Positions 22,981 to 33,530 of a stretch of DNA of 64,000 nucleotides are shown in pieces. Origin of the DNA: Cyanophyceae cyanobacterium. GTDB taxonomy: Bacteria; Cyanobacteriota; Cyanobacteriia; Cyanobacteriales; Laspinemataceae. The notes under the pieces are model-generated. The model made no database searches and was not told the DNA's origin. It worked only from the letters and a program-made list of their open reading frames with translations. The translations under genes and the position numbers were made by a program. The stretch covers positions 30,819-94,818 of the forward strand of contig JBBQFN010000020.1 in the NCBI GenBank assembly GCA_038321985.1, in the 5' to 3' direction. How positions within the stretch are numbered: the stretch's first letter is position 1; each line of letters begins with the position of its first letter.

Positions 22981-23610
22981 ATGATCGGCTATCTCAAAGG
23001 CACCGTGGCAGGGGTTCAAAAAAATCCCGGAAATCGGGTTTTCCTAACCTTAGAGGTCAATGGGGTGGGGTATGACTTGCAAATTAGCCCTCGGACGATC
23101 CGGCAATTACCGGCAGTGGGGGAAACGGTGCAGATGTTTACTCATCTCCAGGTTCGGGAGGACCTATTCGTTTTGTATGGGTTTGCCTCCCATGCGGAAC
23201 GGGAATTGTTTCGGCAATTAATCGCCGTGAGTGGGATCGGCACCCAGTTAGCGATCGCCCTGTTGGATACCCTAGACTTGAACGAATTAGTTCAGGCGAT
23301 CGTTACCAGTAATACCGCCCTCTTAGCCAAAGCCCCAGGAGTCGGGAAAAAGACTGCCGAACGCATTTCCCTAGAATTGAGAACCAAATTAGCCGAATGG
23401 CGCAAGCAATCGGGAGTGAGTGCCACCCCAGCATTAGGTGTTAAACCGGCACTCCAAGAGGATGTAGAGATGACCTTACTGGCGATCGGATATACCAGTA
23501 GCGAAGTCATGGAATCTCTAGGGGCGATCGCCCAAAGCGGCCAATTATCCAACGAGGACCCGGTAGAAGACTGGATCCGACAGGCGATCGCCTGGTTAGC
23601 CTCCCAATAA
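22981..23610 (+). CDS. ruvA: Holliday junction branch migration protein RuvA
   Basis: MIGYLKG, VNGVGY, VSGIG and PGVGKKTAERI motifs. Confidence 0.95.
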   Translation: MIGYLKGTVAGVQKNPGNRVFLTLEVNGVGYDLQISPRTIRQLPAVGETVQMFTHLQVREDLFVLYGFASHAERELFRQLIAVSGIGTQLAIALLDTLDLNELVQAIVTSNTALLAKAPGVGKKTAERISLELRTKLAEWRKQSGVSATPALGVKPALQEDVEMTLLAIGYTSSEVMESLGAIAQSGQLSNEDPVEDWIRQAIAWLASQ

Positions 23611-23625
23611 CTCCCCCATCTCCCA

Positions 23626-23657
23626 GGACAAATGACAAATAACAAATGACAAATGAC
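23626..23657. repeat. STRR-type heptamer tandem repeat (gacaaat)n
   Basis: gacaaatgacaaataacaaatgacaaatgac. Confidence 0.75.
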
Positions 23658-23731
23658 CCCTATCCCCCCATCTCTCCAACTCATGTTAAGATTGTGAATT
23701 GCCGCGTTTATAGTAGTAAAGCCAAAAATCA

Positions 23732-24001
23732 ATGACCCTGACGCAAGAGCGCAAACACGAACTGATCAACGAATATCAAATCCATGAAACCGACACCGGA
23801 TCGGCAGATGTTCAAGTGGCAATGTTGACCACAAGGATTAACCAACTCAGCGCACACCTGAAAACCAACAAAAAAGACCACTCCTCCAGAAGAGGATTGT
23901 TGAAAATGATTGGTCAGCGCAAGCGCTTATTGGCCTATATTTTGAAACAAGACCAAACCCGCTATCGGGCTTTGATTACAAGCCTCGGTATTCGGGGTTA
24001 G
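23732..24001 (+). CDS. rpsO: 30S ribosomal protein S15
   Basis: [10 protein letters not shown]...[16 protein letters not shown], 89 aa. Confidence 0.98.
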   Translation: MTLTQERKHELINEYQIHETDTGSADVQVAMLTTRINQLSAHLKTNKKDHSSRRGLLKMIGQRKRLLAYILKQDQTRYRALITSLGIRG

Positions 24002-24018
24002 ACCCAACACAAAAGCCC

Positions 24019-24486
24019 ATGTCACAGGAACCCCAACGAAATCGGTTACCGTTTGAACCTAAACGGAAAAAACCAGCCAAAAACAACTCAACCCCCAAGG
24101 CATCCGAAACTCCAGCATCTGGACAACCGGAAAAAACCGCTCGTCGTCCGATATCCAGACAAGAACGGGCCATTCCTGAAGTGGTCAGCCAACGCATGGT
24201 GAGTCGGATGGCAATCTTGTGCGGGGTTCCGACTGCTTTGGGGATGTTTACATTTATCGCCAGCTATTTTGTGATTAGTGGGGACTTGTTTCCCTTGCCT
24301 AATTTCGCCGTAGTCTTAGTGAGCATGGGCTGCTTTGGACTCGGAGTCATCGGGCTAACCTACGGTGTCCTTTCGGCATCTTGGGACGAAGAGATCCCAG
24401 GCTCACTCCTGGGTTGGAGGGAGTTTACCACCAATTTTGGCCGGATGAGCGCCCAGCGGCGCGAGGCAAAGCAAAAGAGCCAGTAG
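24019..24486 (+). CDS. pam68: PAM68 family PSII assembly factor (DUF3464)
   Basis: IPEVVSQRM..., two TM helices, YGVLSASWDE; usual position downstream of rpsO. Confidence 0.9.
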   Translation: MSQEPQRNRLPFEPKRKKPAKNNSTPKASETPASGQPEKTARRPISRQERAIPEVVSQRMVSRMAILCGVPTALGMFTFIASYFVISGDLFPLPNFAVVLVSMGCFGLGVIGLTYGVLSASWDEEIPGSLLGWREFTTNFGRMSAQRREAKQKSQ

Positions 24487-24545
24487 TCGTTGGTCAAGGG
24501 TCGTTTGGGGTTCGAGAGAAAACCAAGGACCAATGACCAAGGACC
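24487..24545. repeat. Inverted heptamer (STRR-like) repeats able to form a hairpin
   Basis: gtcgttggtc... versus ccaaggaccaatgaccaaggacc. Confidence 0.5.
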
Positions 24546-24694
24546 CATTTTAGGATTCGCGGGCGATCGGCGATCGGCTTGTCTTTGCTGAGTGCTGAAC
24601 ATGGCCAAGAAAAAGCCATAAACCTGGAATAGCCGATCGCCGACGATAGTAGTTAAAGAATCTGTACAAAAGCAACTAAGCCCGGTAACATACC

Positions 24695-25759
24695 ATGATC
24701 ATTGTAATGAAGGTCGGCACACCCGAGGCCGAGATTGACCGCCTCAACGCAGAACTCACGGAAAATTGGGGTCTGACCCCCGAGAAAATTGTGGGTCGCT
24801 ATAAAGTCGTCATTGGACTCGTCGGCGATACCGCTGATTTGGATCTGCAACAACTCCAGGAAATGAGTCCGGCGATCGAACAAGTCCTGCGAGTAGAACA
24901 GCCATTTAAGCGCGTAAGTCGGGAGTTTCGCCACGGAGAAGCTTCAGATGTCGTGGTGAATACCCCCAATGGACCCGTTCCCTTTGGCGAAACCCATCCG
25001 ATCGTCGTGGTAGCAGGGCCTTGTTCCGTCGAAAACGAGGACATGATCGTTGAAACCGCCCGACGAGTGAAAGCCGCTGGGGCCAAGTTTTTGCGAGGCG
25101 GCGCATTTAAACCCCGCACCTCCCCTTATGCGTTCCAAGGACATGGCGAAAGTGCGTTAGAGTTACTCGCCAAAGCGCGGGAAGTCACTGGGTTAGGAAT
25201 TATTACCGAACTGATGGATGCCTCAGATTTGGAGATGTTAGGCGAAGTCGCCGATATCATCCAAATAGGGGCGCGAAATATGCATAATTTCTCCCTGCTC
25301 AAAAAAGTGGGTGCTCAGGATAAGCCCGTTTTACTCAAGCGCGGGATGTCCGCCACTATTGAAGAGTGGTTGATGGCAGCGGAGTATCTTTTAGCCGCAG
25401 GCAATTCAAGAGTGATTTTGTGCGAACGGGGAATCCGGACTTTTGACCGGCAGTACACCCGCAATACGTTGGATTTATCTGTAATTCCGGTACTGCGGAA
25501 GCTAACCCACCTGCCGATTATGATTGATCCCAGTCACGGGACCGGATGGTCGGAGCAGGTTCCCTCAATGGCAAGAGCTGCGATCGCCGCGGGAACCGAT
25601 TCCCTGATGATTGAAGTCCACCCGACCCCAAATAAAGCCCTTTCGGATGGCCCCCAATCCCTCACCCCCGATCGCTTCGATCTACTGATGGGAGAAGAGT
25701 TAGCCGTGATTGGCAAAGCAGTCGGTCGCTGGAGCGTCCCTGCCACCGTCTTAGCTTAG
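24695..25759 (+). CDS. aroF: DAHP synthase type I-beta with N-terminal regulatory domain
   Basis: AGPCSVE, GGAFKPRTSPY, QIGARNM, CERGIRTF and DPSHGTG motifs. Confidence 0.95.
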   Translation: MIIVMKVGTPEAEIDRLNAELTENWGLTPEKIVGRYKVVIGLVGDTADLDLQQLQEMSPAIEQVLRVEQPFKRVSREFRHGEASDVVVNTPNGPVPFGETHPIVVVAGPCSVENEDMIVETARRVKAAGAKFLRGGAFKPRTSPYAFQGHGESALELLAKAREVTGLGIITELMDASDLEMLGEVADIIQIGARNMHNFSLLKKVGAQDKPVLLKRGMSATIEEWLMAAEYLLAAGNSRVILCERGIRTFDRQYTRNTLDLSVIPVLRKLTHLPIMIDPSHGTGWSEQVPSMARAAIAAGTDSLMIEVHPTPNKALSDGPQSLTPDRFDLLMGEELAVIGKAVGRWSVPATVLA

Positions 25760-25790
25760 ACAGTTCCATCAAAACACTTCTTTTATGACC

Positions 25791-25817
25791 GTAAGGACAC
25801 GGCAGCGCCGTGTCCTT
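25791..25817. repeat. REP-like palindrome between convergent genes
   Basis: gtaaggacacggc-agc-gccgtgtcctt. Confidence 0.6.
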
Positions 25818-25871
25818 CCCTAGATTGGGATATTTTGATTTGTAGGGTTTGTAGTAGGGTTTGTTGTTCCC

Positions 25872-26987
25872 TTACTCTTTCTTCTTATGTTCGTCCAGTG
25901 CCTTCAGTTGAGCTAATTGTTCATCTACCTGACGAATTAACTGGTTGAGCGCAGGCAGTGCGTCTAACTTACCCAAAGCCAGATCCGGAATTTTACTGGC
26001 GCGATCGCGCAGATCATCCACCTTCCGCTGAAGTTGCAGCGCCAGTCGCAAAGCATCCCGACTTAAATCCTCAACCTGCTGCTGCTTGTAAAACTTTAAA
26101 GCTGCTCCTCGTAACACTTGCAACGTCGCCCGTTCCCCATCATCTCCGGGCATCACCCGCAAGCGCAATAATAAATCTTCCTGGTTATAGCGCCGTTCGA
26201 TTTCCACTTGTTTCGGTTTTTGCAGGGGAATTAACGGCAAGTGTGCCAGTAGCTTGAGCTCGTTGATCACACCCCCAAATAGAGACAGTTCTAGCCCGTT
26301 CATCACCGACTGTACAACCCCATCCTGACTCCACAGAATCCGCCCCTGGTGAGGTTGGCGCTCGAAATAAAGCCGACCGATACCCCCTTCTAAAATTCGC
26401 CCCAATAACTCCTGTAAAAGCTCCTTGGGGGGTAAATTTGCCAGTTCCTCCAGGGGACTGTGATGATGGGAGGCCTTCACTTGTAAAACCGGCACCGCCT
26501 CCCCTCCTAACATGACCTGAGAGTGAGGCACCGGTAAGCTGGATAGGGCAGTTATCGGCGAATGTGGCAATGGGAGTAAACCGTTCCTAGAAGGGGCTGT
26601 TACAGCGGAAGAAGGGGAGGGACTCGCCAAAGGCGGCATCGACGGTGCGGCAATGTGACTCCCTGCCGGGTGAGGTGAACCCGTGGGCTTTTTCTTCCCC
26701 GTGTGCATATAGTTTAAATAAGCACTGAGCATCGAGCGGTGAACCTCAGTAGAAATTTTCTCCGCTACCAGAGAACATCTCATATAACCTAGAATTCGGC
26801 GGACATATTCCAGGGCCGCAGAATCCTGGGGATCGACCATACCCAGATGGAGACGGCTCCCTTTAATTGACAACGGTAACACCTCATGATACAGGCAGGC
26901 TTCAAAGGGTAACAGGTTGTCAATTAGCTGGAATATTTGCTCGGAATCCATTGGCGCTGCCCAGTTAGTGACGGTTTTGGTTTGCAT
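25872..26987 (-). CDS. GspE/PilB N-terminal-domain protein lacking the ATPase domain
   Basis: LPFEACLYHEVLPL...LGMVDP (T2SSE_N-like); LRLRVMP..GERATLQVLR (PilB N2-like); no Walker A; C-terminal coiled coil. Confidence 0.75.
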   Translation of the reverse strand: MQTKTVTNWAAPMDSEQIFQLIDNLLPFEACLYHEVLPLSIKGSRLHLGMVDPQDSAALEYVRRILGYMRCSLVAEKISTEVHRSMLSAYLNYMHTGKKKPTGSPHPAGSHIAAPSMPPLASPSPSSAVTAPSRNGLLPLPHSPITALSSLPVPHSQVMLGGEAVPVLQVKASHHHSPLEELANLPPKELLQELLGRILEGGIGRLYFERQPHQGRILWSQDGVVQSVMNGLELSLFGGVINELKLLAHLPLIPLQKPKQVEIERRYNQEDLLLRLRVMPGDDGERATLQVLRGAALKFYKQQQVEDLSRDALRLALQLQRKVDDLRDRASKIPDLALGKLDALPALNQLIRQVDEQLAQLKALDEHKKKE

Positions 26988-27517
26988 TGGGGGAAGGACT
27001 CGGTGCTGTTTTATTCAAACGAGGAAGACCAAGAAGAGTGACACCAATAGCCCAATGTTGTGCAGGGTGGGTACGCACCTGACTTTGTAAGAAAGGAAAT
27101 GCTGGTAGGTTATTAATTTTTTCAGGCTGGATTACCTGACAAGTCAAGTCCGATGCCAGAAGGGACTCAGCATTTCTCCACAAGTTAGCCAAGAATCACC
27201 CCCATTGTCAAACTTTGGATACAATTGGCGACTTTTCAACGGATTTAGATGCACCCAGTGATGTTTTAAATTCCAGTTATTCCGCCCTCGGGATTAATCT
27301 TGAAAGAAAGTCACCGAGTCAGGGGAATTTGGACTAAAGATTCGCGCAAAGTCAGCAAATTGGGAATGAGGCTGTCCCGCTCTCATTTTTTTCAATTAAA
27401 ATTCAATGCACCAGAAACCAAGGGACAGCGTTTAGGGTAGGGGCGAGTTGATTTAATATTCTTCTTTTAAAGTACCATAAAGTACCACTTTTTCCTGAAA
27501 AAGTTAACTATTTTTAA

Positions 27518-28660
27518 TCAATCCTCGGCTTCCGAACGGTTATTCCGGAGGGATTGAGCTGCTAAATAAAGCTGGGTCCATTCTCCTAGCACTTGGGAAG
27601 GTTTGAACCCTTGGTTCTGGGCGATCGCCTCTAAAGATTGGCCGGATTTGAGTTCGTCGAGAAGCGCTTGCTGTTCTGGTGTCAGGGTCTCGTAGAATTG
27701 TTCCCACTGGGTTGAGGTTAAACCCAATCCGTGGTCTTGTAAGCTAATTTGCAGCCAGTTGGCGACTAACTCGGGTTCGATTTTCAAGGAAAAGACCCGA
27801 ATGGCATGGTAGCTGACTTTTTCCCGTAATCGATACACCTGCTTAACGGGTAAATTTAAACCCTTGGCGATCGCATCTTGGGAGCAACCCTGAAGGTACA
27901 ATCGCAACCAATCCGCTGCCGTTGGATCCACATTTTGCGCTAAATATTCCGCAAATTCCTGTTGGACGGTTTGCCTTAAGAGTTGTTGTTCTTCCCAGGC
28001 GATCGCATCTTGCGCGTTGGCGATCGCTTGAGCATCCAGCAAACTAATCGAACTATCGGACTCATCCGAACCTATTTCATCAGAAACCAGGCGAATTAAT
28101 TCCGCCTCCGGCACCTGAGTCAACCCCCCACGCTGGGACCGTCGTAGATAGTTAAAAAACCGATAAGCTAGCAAGGGTTGATTCCGAACAGGACGTAAGC
28201 AATATTCCTCAATCGTTGCCAGCAACAGCGCATTTCTGACCCGCGAGGTTTGGGTAGACTGACCAATCCAGGCAATTTGCTGCTGCATATAGCGATCGCG
28301 TTCGCACAGTTCCTGGATAACTTCCTGCACCACATCTACCACCGTCCGCTGGCGATCGCGACTTAGCGCGACCCAGGTTTTAATCTTATTCCGCAGCAGC
28401 ACCAACGAAGCCAACCGGCGGATTAAATTCGTATAAGCTCGTTCTGTCGGTACCCCCAGCACCCGCAGTAAAATCCGATAGCGATAGTCCATCGCCGAAC
28501 GGATGATTTCTAGCTTTTCTGGCGTCAGGGCTTCAAACCGATTCTGATCCTCCCCCAACAGCCATTGCACGATACTCTCGTGGGTGCTGGCTGGATGGTC
28601 TGGACAATCCAGGGACAGGCGCGATCGCCATTCTAGCGCCAGTTGTTCTGCCAACGTCAT
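27518..28660 (-). CDS. HetZ-related protein (sigma-factor-like HTH regulator)
   Basis: ESIVQWLLG, MDYRYRIL, DVVQEVIQE and YRLREK segments resembling the HetZ-related family; C-terminal HTHs. Confidence 0.75.
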   Translation of the reverse strand: MTLAEQLALEWRSRLSLDCPDHPASTHESIVQWLLGEDQNRFEALTPEKLEIIRSAMDYRYRILLRVLGVPTERAYTNLIRRLASLVLLRNKIKTWVALSRDRQRTVVDVVQEVIQELCERDRYMQQQIAWIGQSTQTSRVRNALLLATIEEYCLRPVRNQPLLAYRFFNYLRRSQRGGLTQVPEAELIRLVSDEIGSDESDSSISLLDAQAIANAQDAIAWEEQQLLRQTVQQEFAEYLAQNVDPTAADWLRLYLQGCSQDAIAKGLNLPVKQVYRLREKVSYHAIRVFSLKIEPELVANWLQISLQDHGLGLTSTQWEQFYETLTPEQQALLDELKSGQSLEAIAQNQGFKPSQVLGEWTQLYLAAQSLRNNRSEAED

Positions 28661-29771
28661 GATTACTCCTCACCTCTAACACGCTTCCCACTCTTACCGA
28701 TTCTAAGCTCATCCAGAAGCCACGGCGAGGGTCCAAGCGCTATCCTTTCCTCCACCCACTCTGATGACATCCCGAGATCAACTCCCCAGCCCTTAACTTT
28801 TTTGCCCCTACCTCCCCTTCTAACAAGGATCCATTCGGCTTAACTCTTTATTTTTGCACTCCTGGCGATTTTTTGGGGATTACACTCTACCAGCTCCGCT
28901 CCTGCTTAACCTAATCTCCCCTGAAACACAGGTGTCCTTAATCACATCTATCGACTTTTCCCAAGAGCTGAGGCACTCAACGGGCTTAAGCATTCCTCGG
29001 GTGGCTGCGTCAGTCCTCTTCCCATTGCATTATCCAAATTTTGACCGGATATTCTCTGATCGGGAACAAAACGTTACCGTTTTCCATCTGGCTAGTGGAG
29101 GGTATCGTATAGAAGCTGTTGTCGGAACATAGAGTTCCCGCTTACCACCTATATTCGCACCCATCATTAACTCATCCGTATTTTTTGCCTTTTTTGTTCA
29201 AAACCCATTTGACCCTGATGCTTAATACTTCTTGTTTACCCCGGCCTATTTTAATGAAGGTAACTTTCTTGTCTCTGTGTTCTTTAAGGGTGACCTTTCC
29301 TGAAAAAATATAGGATATAGGCAAGTAAATTTTCACTTTACTAATCCATCGGGAAGCCATTCAATAAAATAGTTAAAAAATTTAGATTCACCCCTTAATA
29401 ATTATTCTAAATTTACTTTTTAAACTCGCTAGAAAATGAAATCTAGTGTATTTTTTCATGTAAAAATTTTAAAATTTAAATTTTTAAAATCAGTCTAGAG
29501 AGAGAGAAGAAATGACGTTGGCAAACTCCACAATCTTTTTAAGAGTAACTTGCTCGCCATGATCAAACCAAGGAGAAAAGGGAAAAAGCTGTATTAAACA
29601 GTCTTTGAACTGGTTACTTCTTTTTAACGAGAAAGGAAACTGGGTTGAAATCTAAAAGTGTGAAATGCGCCTAGATTTCTAAGGGCGATCGCCCGGGAAC
29701 CCTGAAACAGGGAAAACCCAATTTCTATCTACCCATCAAATTGTCACAACGTTGCACCAAGGAGTTTTACG

Positions 29772-32390
29772 ATGAATCCTGACGAAACGATGCTAGAAGA
29801 AAACACATTGGTTACCGATCCGACTATTGATGTCGATTCTGGTGACTTGGATGATGATGCCGATGACTTTGACAACATCATCGCCACCACTGCCCTAATA
29901 GATAATGATTCCGATGATTTAGATATCGATTCCGGTAACTTAGATGATGATGCCGATGATTTAGATGTCAATTCCGGTGACTTGGATGATGATGCCGATG
30001 ACTTTGACGGCGAAATCACCCCAACTGCCCAAGGCGATGATGATGCCGATGACCTCATTGGCGATGATAATGCCGATGACTTGGATGATGAGGTCGATGA
30101 TTTAGATGTCAGTTCTGGTGACTTAGATGATGATGCCGATGACTTTGACGGCGAAATCACCCCAACTGCCCAAGGCGATGATGATGCCGATGATTTAGAT
30201 GTCGATTCCGGTGACTTAGATGATGATGCCGATGACGAAGCAGACGTCGATCCTCAAATCAAAGAACTTGTCACTGCCTATTGTGACGAAGCTGAATATT
30301 TAGCAGACAACCCCGATGTTGCCGAAGCGGTTCAACAAGGGTTATTTCAGAGTGGATTACAACACGCCTATACCTTCGGATATAAAGAGGGACGGCAAAT
30401 CATCACCGGATTTGATGCCACATTCTATACAGACCGCAACCTGGACGTTAAAGAGGCGATCGCCAACGGTGCCTTCAAGAGCGCACTACACCACTTCTTG
30501 CTCTTTGGCGTAAAAGAAAATCGCTCTCCTAACGTCGCCTATAACGAACAAGAATACCTGGAAAATAATCAAGACGTAAACGAAGCCGTGCAGCAGGGCC
30601 AATTTAGCAGCGGACTCGCCCACTGGCTCCAGCACGGACGCTCTGAAATCCGCACCTTTAGCAGCATCTTTAACGCCAAATTTTACTTAGAACAACATCA
30701 AGATGTTGCCGAGGCGTTAAACAGCGGAAAGATTAAAAGTGTTTTCTCTCACTTCTTAAATCACGGCATATTTGAAGGACGCATTCCCAGCGAATCCTTT
30801 AATCTAGAAAGTTACTTAAAACAGTATCCAGAAGTCTCCGAGGGAGTCGAAGACGGTCAATTCCCCAATGCCGTTTTCCACTTCTTCCAGGTTGGATTCT
30901 TGCGCGGATTCATGCCAAATCCACCCATGCCAGAAGCAGAAATGCCGGATGATGATGATGATGATGATTTAGAAACTGACGACACATCCACCACCGAAGA
31001 TACCACGGACAGTTCTCCCATCGTTTTCAATCCTCCTGTAGTCCCTGTTTCACCCCCTGTACCAACAGAGGGATCACAACCCGATGAAGATGATGATTTA
31101 GATTCTGATTCCGGTGACTTGGATGAAGATGATGATTTAGATACCGATTCCGGTAATTTGGATGAAGATGATGATTTAGATACCGATTCCGGTGATTTGG
31201 ATGAAGATGATGATTTAGATCCCGATGATGGTTTAGATGCCGATTCCGGTAACTTGGATGAAGATGATGATTTAGATCCCGCTGATGGTTTAGATGCCGA
31301 TTCCGGTAACTTGGATGAAGATGATGATTTAGAGGGCGATAATGATTCCGGAATCCAAGTCCGCAACATAGACGAGATTGACCGTACCAGCAGCAATGTA
31401 CTGGTCTCCGGCAGTGAAGAGGGAGTGCTATTACAAGCGAGTGCAGCCATTGATATTCTCATCGGTGGTGATGGCAACGATACTCTCACCGGAAACAACC
31501 TCCCCAACCTAGTCTTTGGAGTTGCTGGTAATAACCTGATTGAAGGAGGCAGCGGAAATGATTCTCTGATTGGGGGTCAAGGAAGTGACTCTATCTCGGG
31601 TGCAGATGGTGACGACCTAATTATTGGTGATCTCCAAGTCTTCAATGAATTAGGAAGCTCTAATGGCTTTATTTTCATCGATGAACTCAACGATGATGAT
31701 GCCGATGATGTCACCGACGATAATGCCGACGATGATGCCGATGAACTCAACGATGATGATGCCGATGATGTCACCGACGATGATGCCGATGATGCTGATG
31801 ATATCTCCGATAATATGCTCATGGGTGGAGAAGGCAACGACACCTTGATGGGGGGTCGCGGTAACGATACCCTGATGGGAGATAATGGCGATGACTTCCT
31901 GTTTGGAGTGTCCGGCAACAACTACCTAGAGGGTGGAGAAGGTAACGACACCCTGATTGGTGGGACCGGCAATGATATGCTCATCGCTGGCAGTGGTAAC
32001 AATTTCCTGAATGGTGGATCCGGTGACGATACCCTCACGGGTGGATCCGGTGACGATACCCTCCGGGGTGGATCCGGTGCAGATGTCTTCGTTCTAGATG
32101 GTAGTACCCTCGGTAACGATACGGAAGCAGGTGATGACGACAACGCCACCCAGAAAGATCTGATTTTGGACTTCAATGGCGAAGAAGGAGACGTTATCCA
32201 AATTGACGGAGCTACTTTTGGGATTACGAATATCTCCGAGTTGTTTGTAGCCAATGGTTCTGACGGGTTCGGAATCTCCAGCACTGTAGAAAATGGAGAA
32301 ATCCGTTCTACGATTACTTTTAGTGCAGACTACTCCCTACAGGTCTTATCTCAGGCAGAACTTACGGAAGATAACTTCCTCCTGATGTAA
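29772..32390 (+). CDS. Asp-rich RTX (Ca-binding) surface protein
   Basis: GGxGxDxL nonapeptides, FDxxFY..NPDV repeats, poly-Asp blocks, D.I.DF motif and C-terminal DNFLLM typical of T1SS substrates. Confidence 0.9.
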   Translation: MNPDETMLEENTLVTDPTIDVDSGDLDDDADDFDNIIATTALIDNDSDDLDIDSGNLDDDADDLDVNSGDLDDDADDFDGEITPTAQGDDDADDLIGDDNADDLDDEVDDLDVSSGDLDDDADDFDGEITPTAQGDDDADDLDVDSGDLDDDADDEADVDPQIKELVTAYCDEAEYLADNPDVAEAVQQGLFQSGLQHAYTFGYKEGRQIITGFDATFYTDRNLDVKEAIANGAFKSALHHFLLFGVKENRSPNVAYNEQEYLENNQDVNEAVQQGQFSSGLAHWLQHGRSEIRTFSSIFNAKFYLEQHQDVAEALNSGKIKSVFSHFLNHGIFEGRIPSESFNLESYLKQYPEVSEGVEDGQFPNAVFHFFQVGFLRGFMPNPPMPEAEMPDDDDDDDLETDDTSTTEDTTDSSPIVFNPPVVPVSPPVPTEGSQPDEDDDLDSDSGDLDEDDDLDTDSGNLDEDDDLDTDSGDLDEDDDLDPDDGLDADSGNLDEDDDLDPADGLDADSGNLDEDDDLEGDNDSGIQVRNIDEIDRTSSNVLVSGSEEGVLLQASAAIDILIGGDGNDTLTGNNLPNLVFGVAGNNLIEGGSGNDSLIGGQGSDSISGADGDDLIIGDLQVFNELGSSNGFIFIDELNDDDADDVTDDNADDDADELNDDDADDVTDDDADDADDISDNMLMGGEGNDTLMGGRGNDTLMGDNGDDFLFGVSGNNYLEGGEGNDTLIGGTGNDMLIAGSGNNFLNGGSGDDTLTGGSGDDTLRGGSGADVFVLDGSTLGNDTEAGDDDNATQKDLILDFNGEEGDVIQIDGATFGITNISELFVANGSDGFGISSTVENGEIRSTITFSADYSLQVLSQAELTEDNFLLM
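29955..30193 (+). repeat. Intragenic duplication of about 98 nt (141-nt period) in the Asp-rich block
   Basis: gactttgacggcgaaatcaccccaactgcccaaggcgatgatgatgccgat occurs twice. Confidence 0.85.
31083..31332 (+). repeat. Intragenic 39-nt and 57-nt tandem repeats (DEDDDLDTDSGxL)
   Basis: gatgaagatgatgatttaga...gattccggt.a.ttg repeated about 5-6 times. Confidence 0.85.
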
Positions 32391-32442
32391 GCTCCCTCCT
32401 CAGACGGGATCAACAACGTCTAGGGATTAATCAATAGAGCGA

Positions 32443-32477
32443 TCGCACCCACTTTAACAGGGGTGCGATTTCTTTTG
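32443..32477 (+). terminator. Terminator after RTX gene 1
   Basis: atcgcaccc...gggtgcgat followed by ttctttt. Confidence 0.75.
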
Positions 32478-33530
32478 CCAGGATCCTATCCCTCGTAGTT
32501 TACCCTAGCCAGGATTCGGTTTTTTCGAGTCCTGAATTCGACATCTCCGGCAGAGGTCCCCATACCCACTGACCCTTTGAAAAGAACTTCCATTACTCAG
32601 ATATGCTGACAATTGTCATGCTACTCCCCGAATCTGAATTGGAGTTTCCAAGCTGGGAACAAAACGCGACTCTTTTCAATCCAATCAATACAGGATGCAG
32701 GTGAGCCCTGGTCGGAAACCCTAGAGTTTCGGCCTAACGCCTATATTCTCCCCCCTCTGTACACCCATCAGGATTTTTTTAGATTCTTGTTCAAATTGTT
32801 CCTCATCTTAAGGTTTGATCCTGAGCTTGCCTGTCCCTCTATTTTAATTAAGCAAGCTCCCTTGACCCCTCCTTTCTCTCTCTGCCTCCCCCTGATATCT
32901 CTGGGGAAATCAAAAAGGTGTATTCTTTCATATTAAGATATCGCCTGGCTGCCCTTAAGTTTTTTTAATATATATAAAAGATTAATTTTTTTGTTTTTAA
33001 GGCGAAAATAGCTCATCACACTTAAATAAAATTACCCCTTTGAAGTCGGGATTCCCTAACTGATTGTTTAGAGGTATGGGGGGCCTTATAAATTTTTATG
33101 ATGTCTTTTTTTATGGGTTTCAATTAAAATTTTAGGAAGTTAAGACGATTAAGTTCCGTAGAATTGCGGAGAAATACCACTGAGTTTTAGGGTAAGCTAA
33201 GACCAGTAAAATAAAGTAAAAACTTTGTAAAAAGCCATTTTTTCTGAGCGTAAGTTCAATTTTTCTAAGGGGAGATGTGGCCCCAGTTTAAAGATAAAAA
33301 AACCGATGAGCGGGTAAAAAAAGGAAGACTTGTTTTTTCCCGAAAATCCGGGATAGTTCTTAAGAATACAAGAGGCGATCGCCGCCCAATCCTGAAACCG
33401 GGAACTACAACTTTTATTAAACCGTCCCCTTCTGAGAATGCAAATCAGTTGAGGGATTGTTATCAGCCTTTGACCCCAAAAGGCATCAGCCAAAACAGTT
33501 ATTACTTTCATTAACTTACGGAGATTTGAT

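Noticed and set aside
22132..25759. spp-ruvA-rpsO-PAM68-aroF juxtaposition
   Set aside because: Ordinary housekeeping genes in an arrangement commonly seen in cyanobacteria
29519..29560. ggcaaac upstream of RTX gene 1 as a c-di-GMP-I riboswitch
   Set aside because: No GAAA-capped P2 stem or following GCAAAG/P3 pattern
31083..31332. Regular 39-nt repeats as a CRISPR array
   Set aside because: In-frame coding repeats without unique spacers; no cas genes in the window
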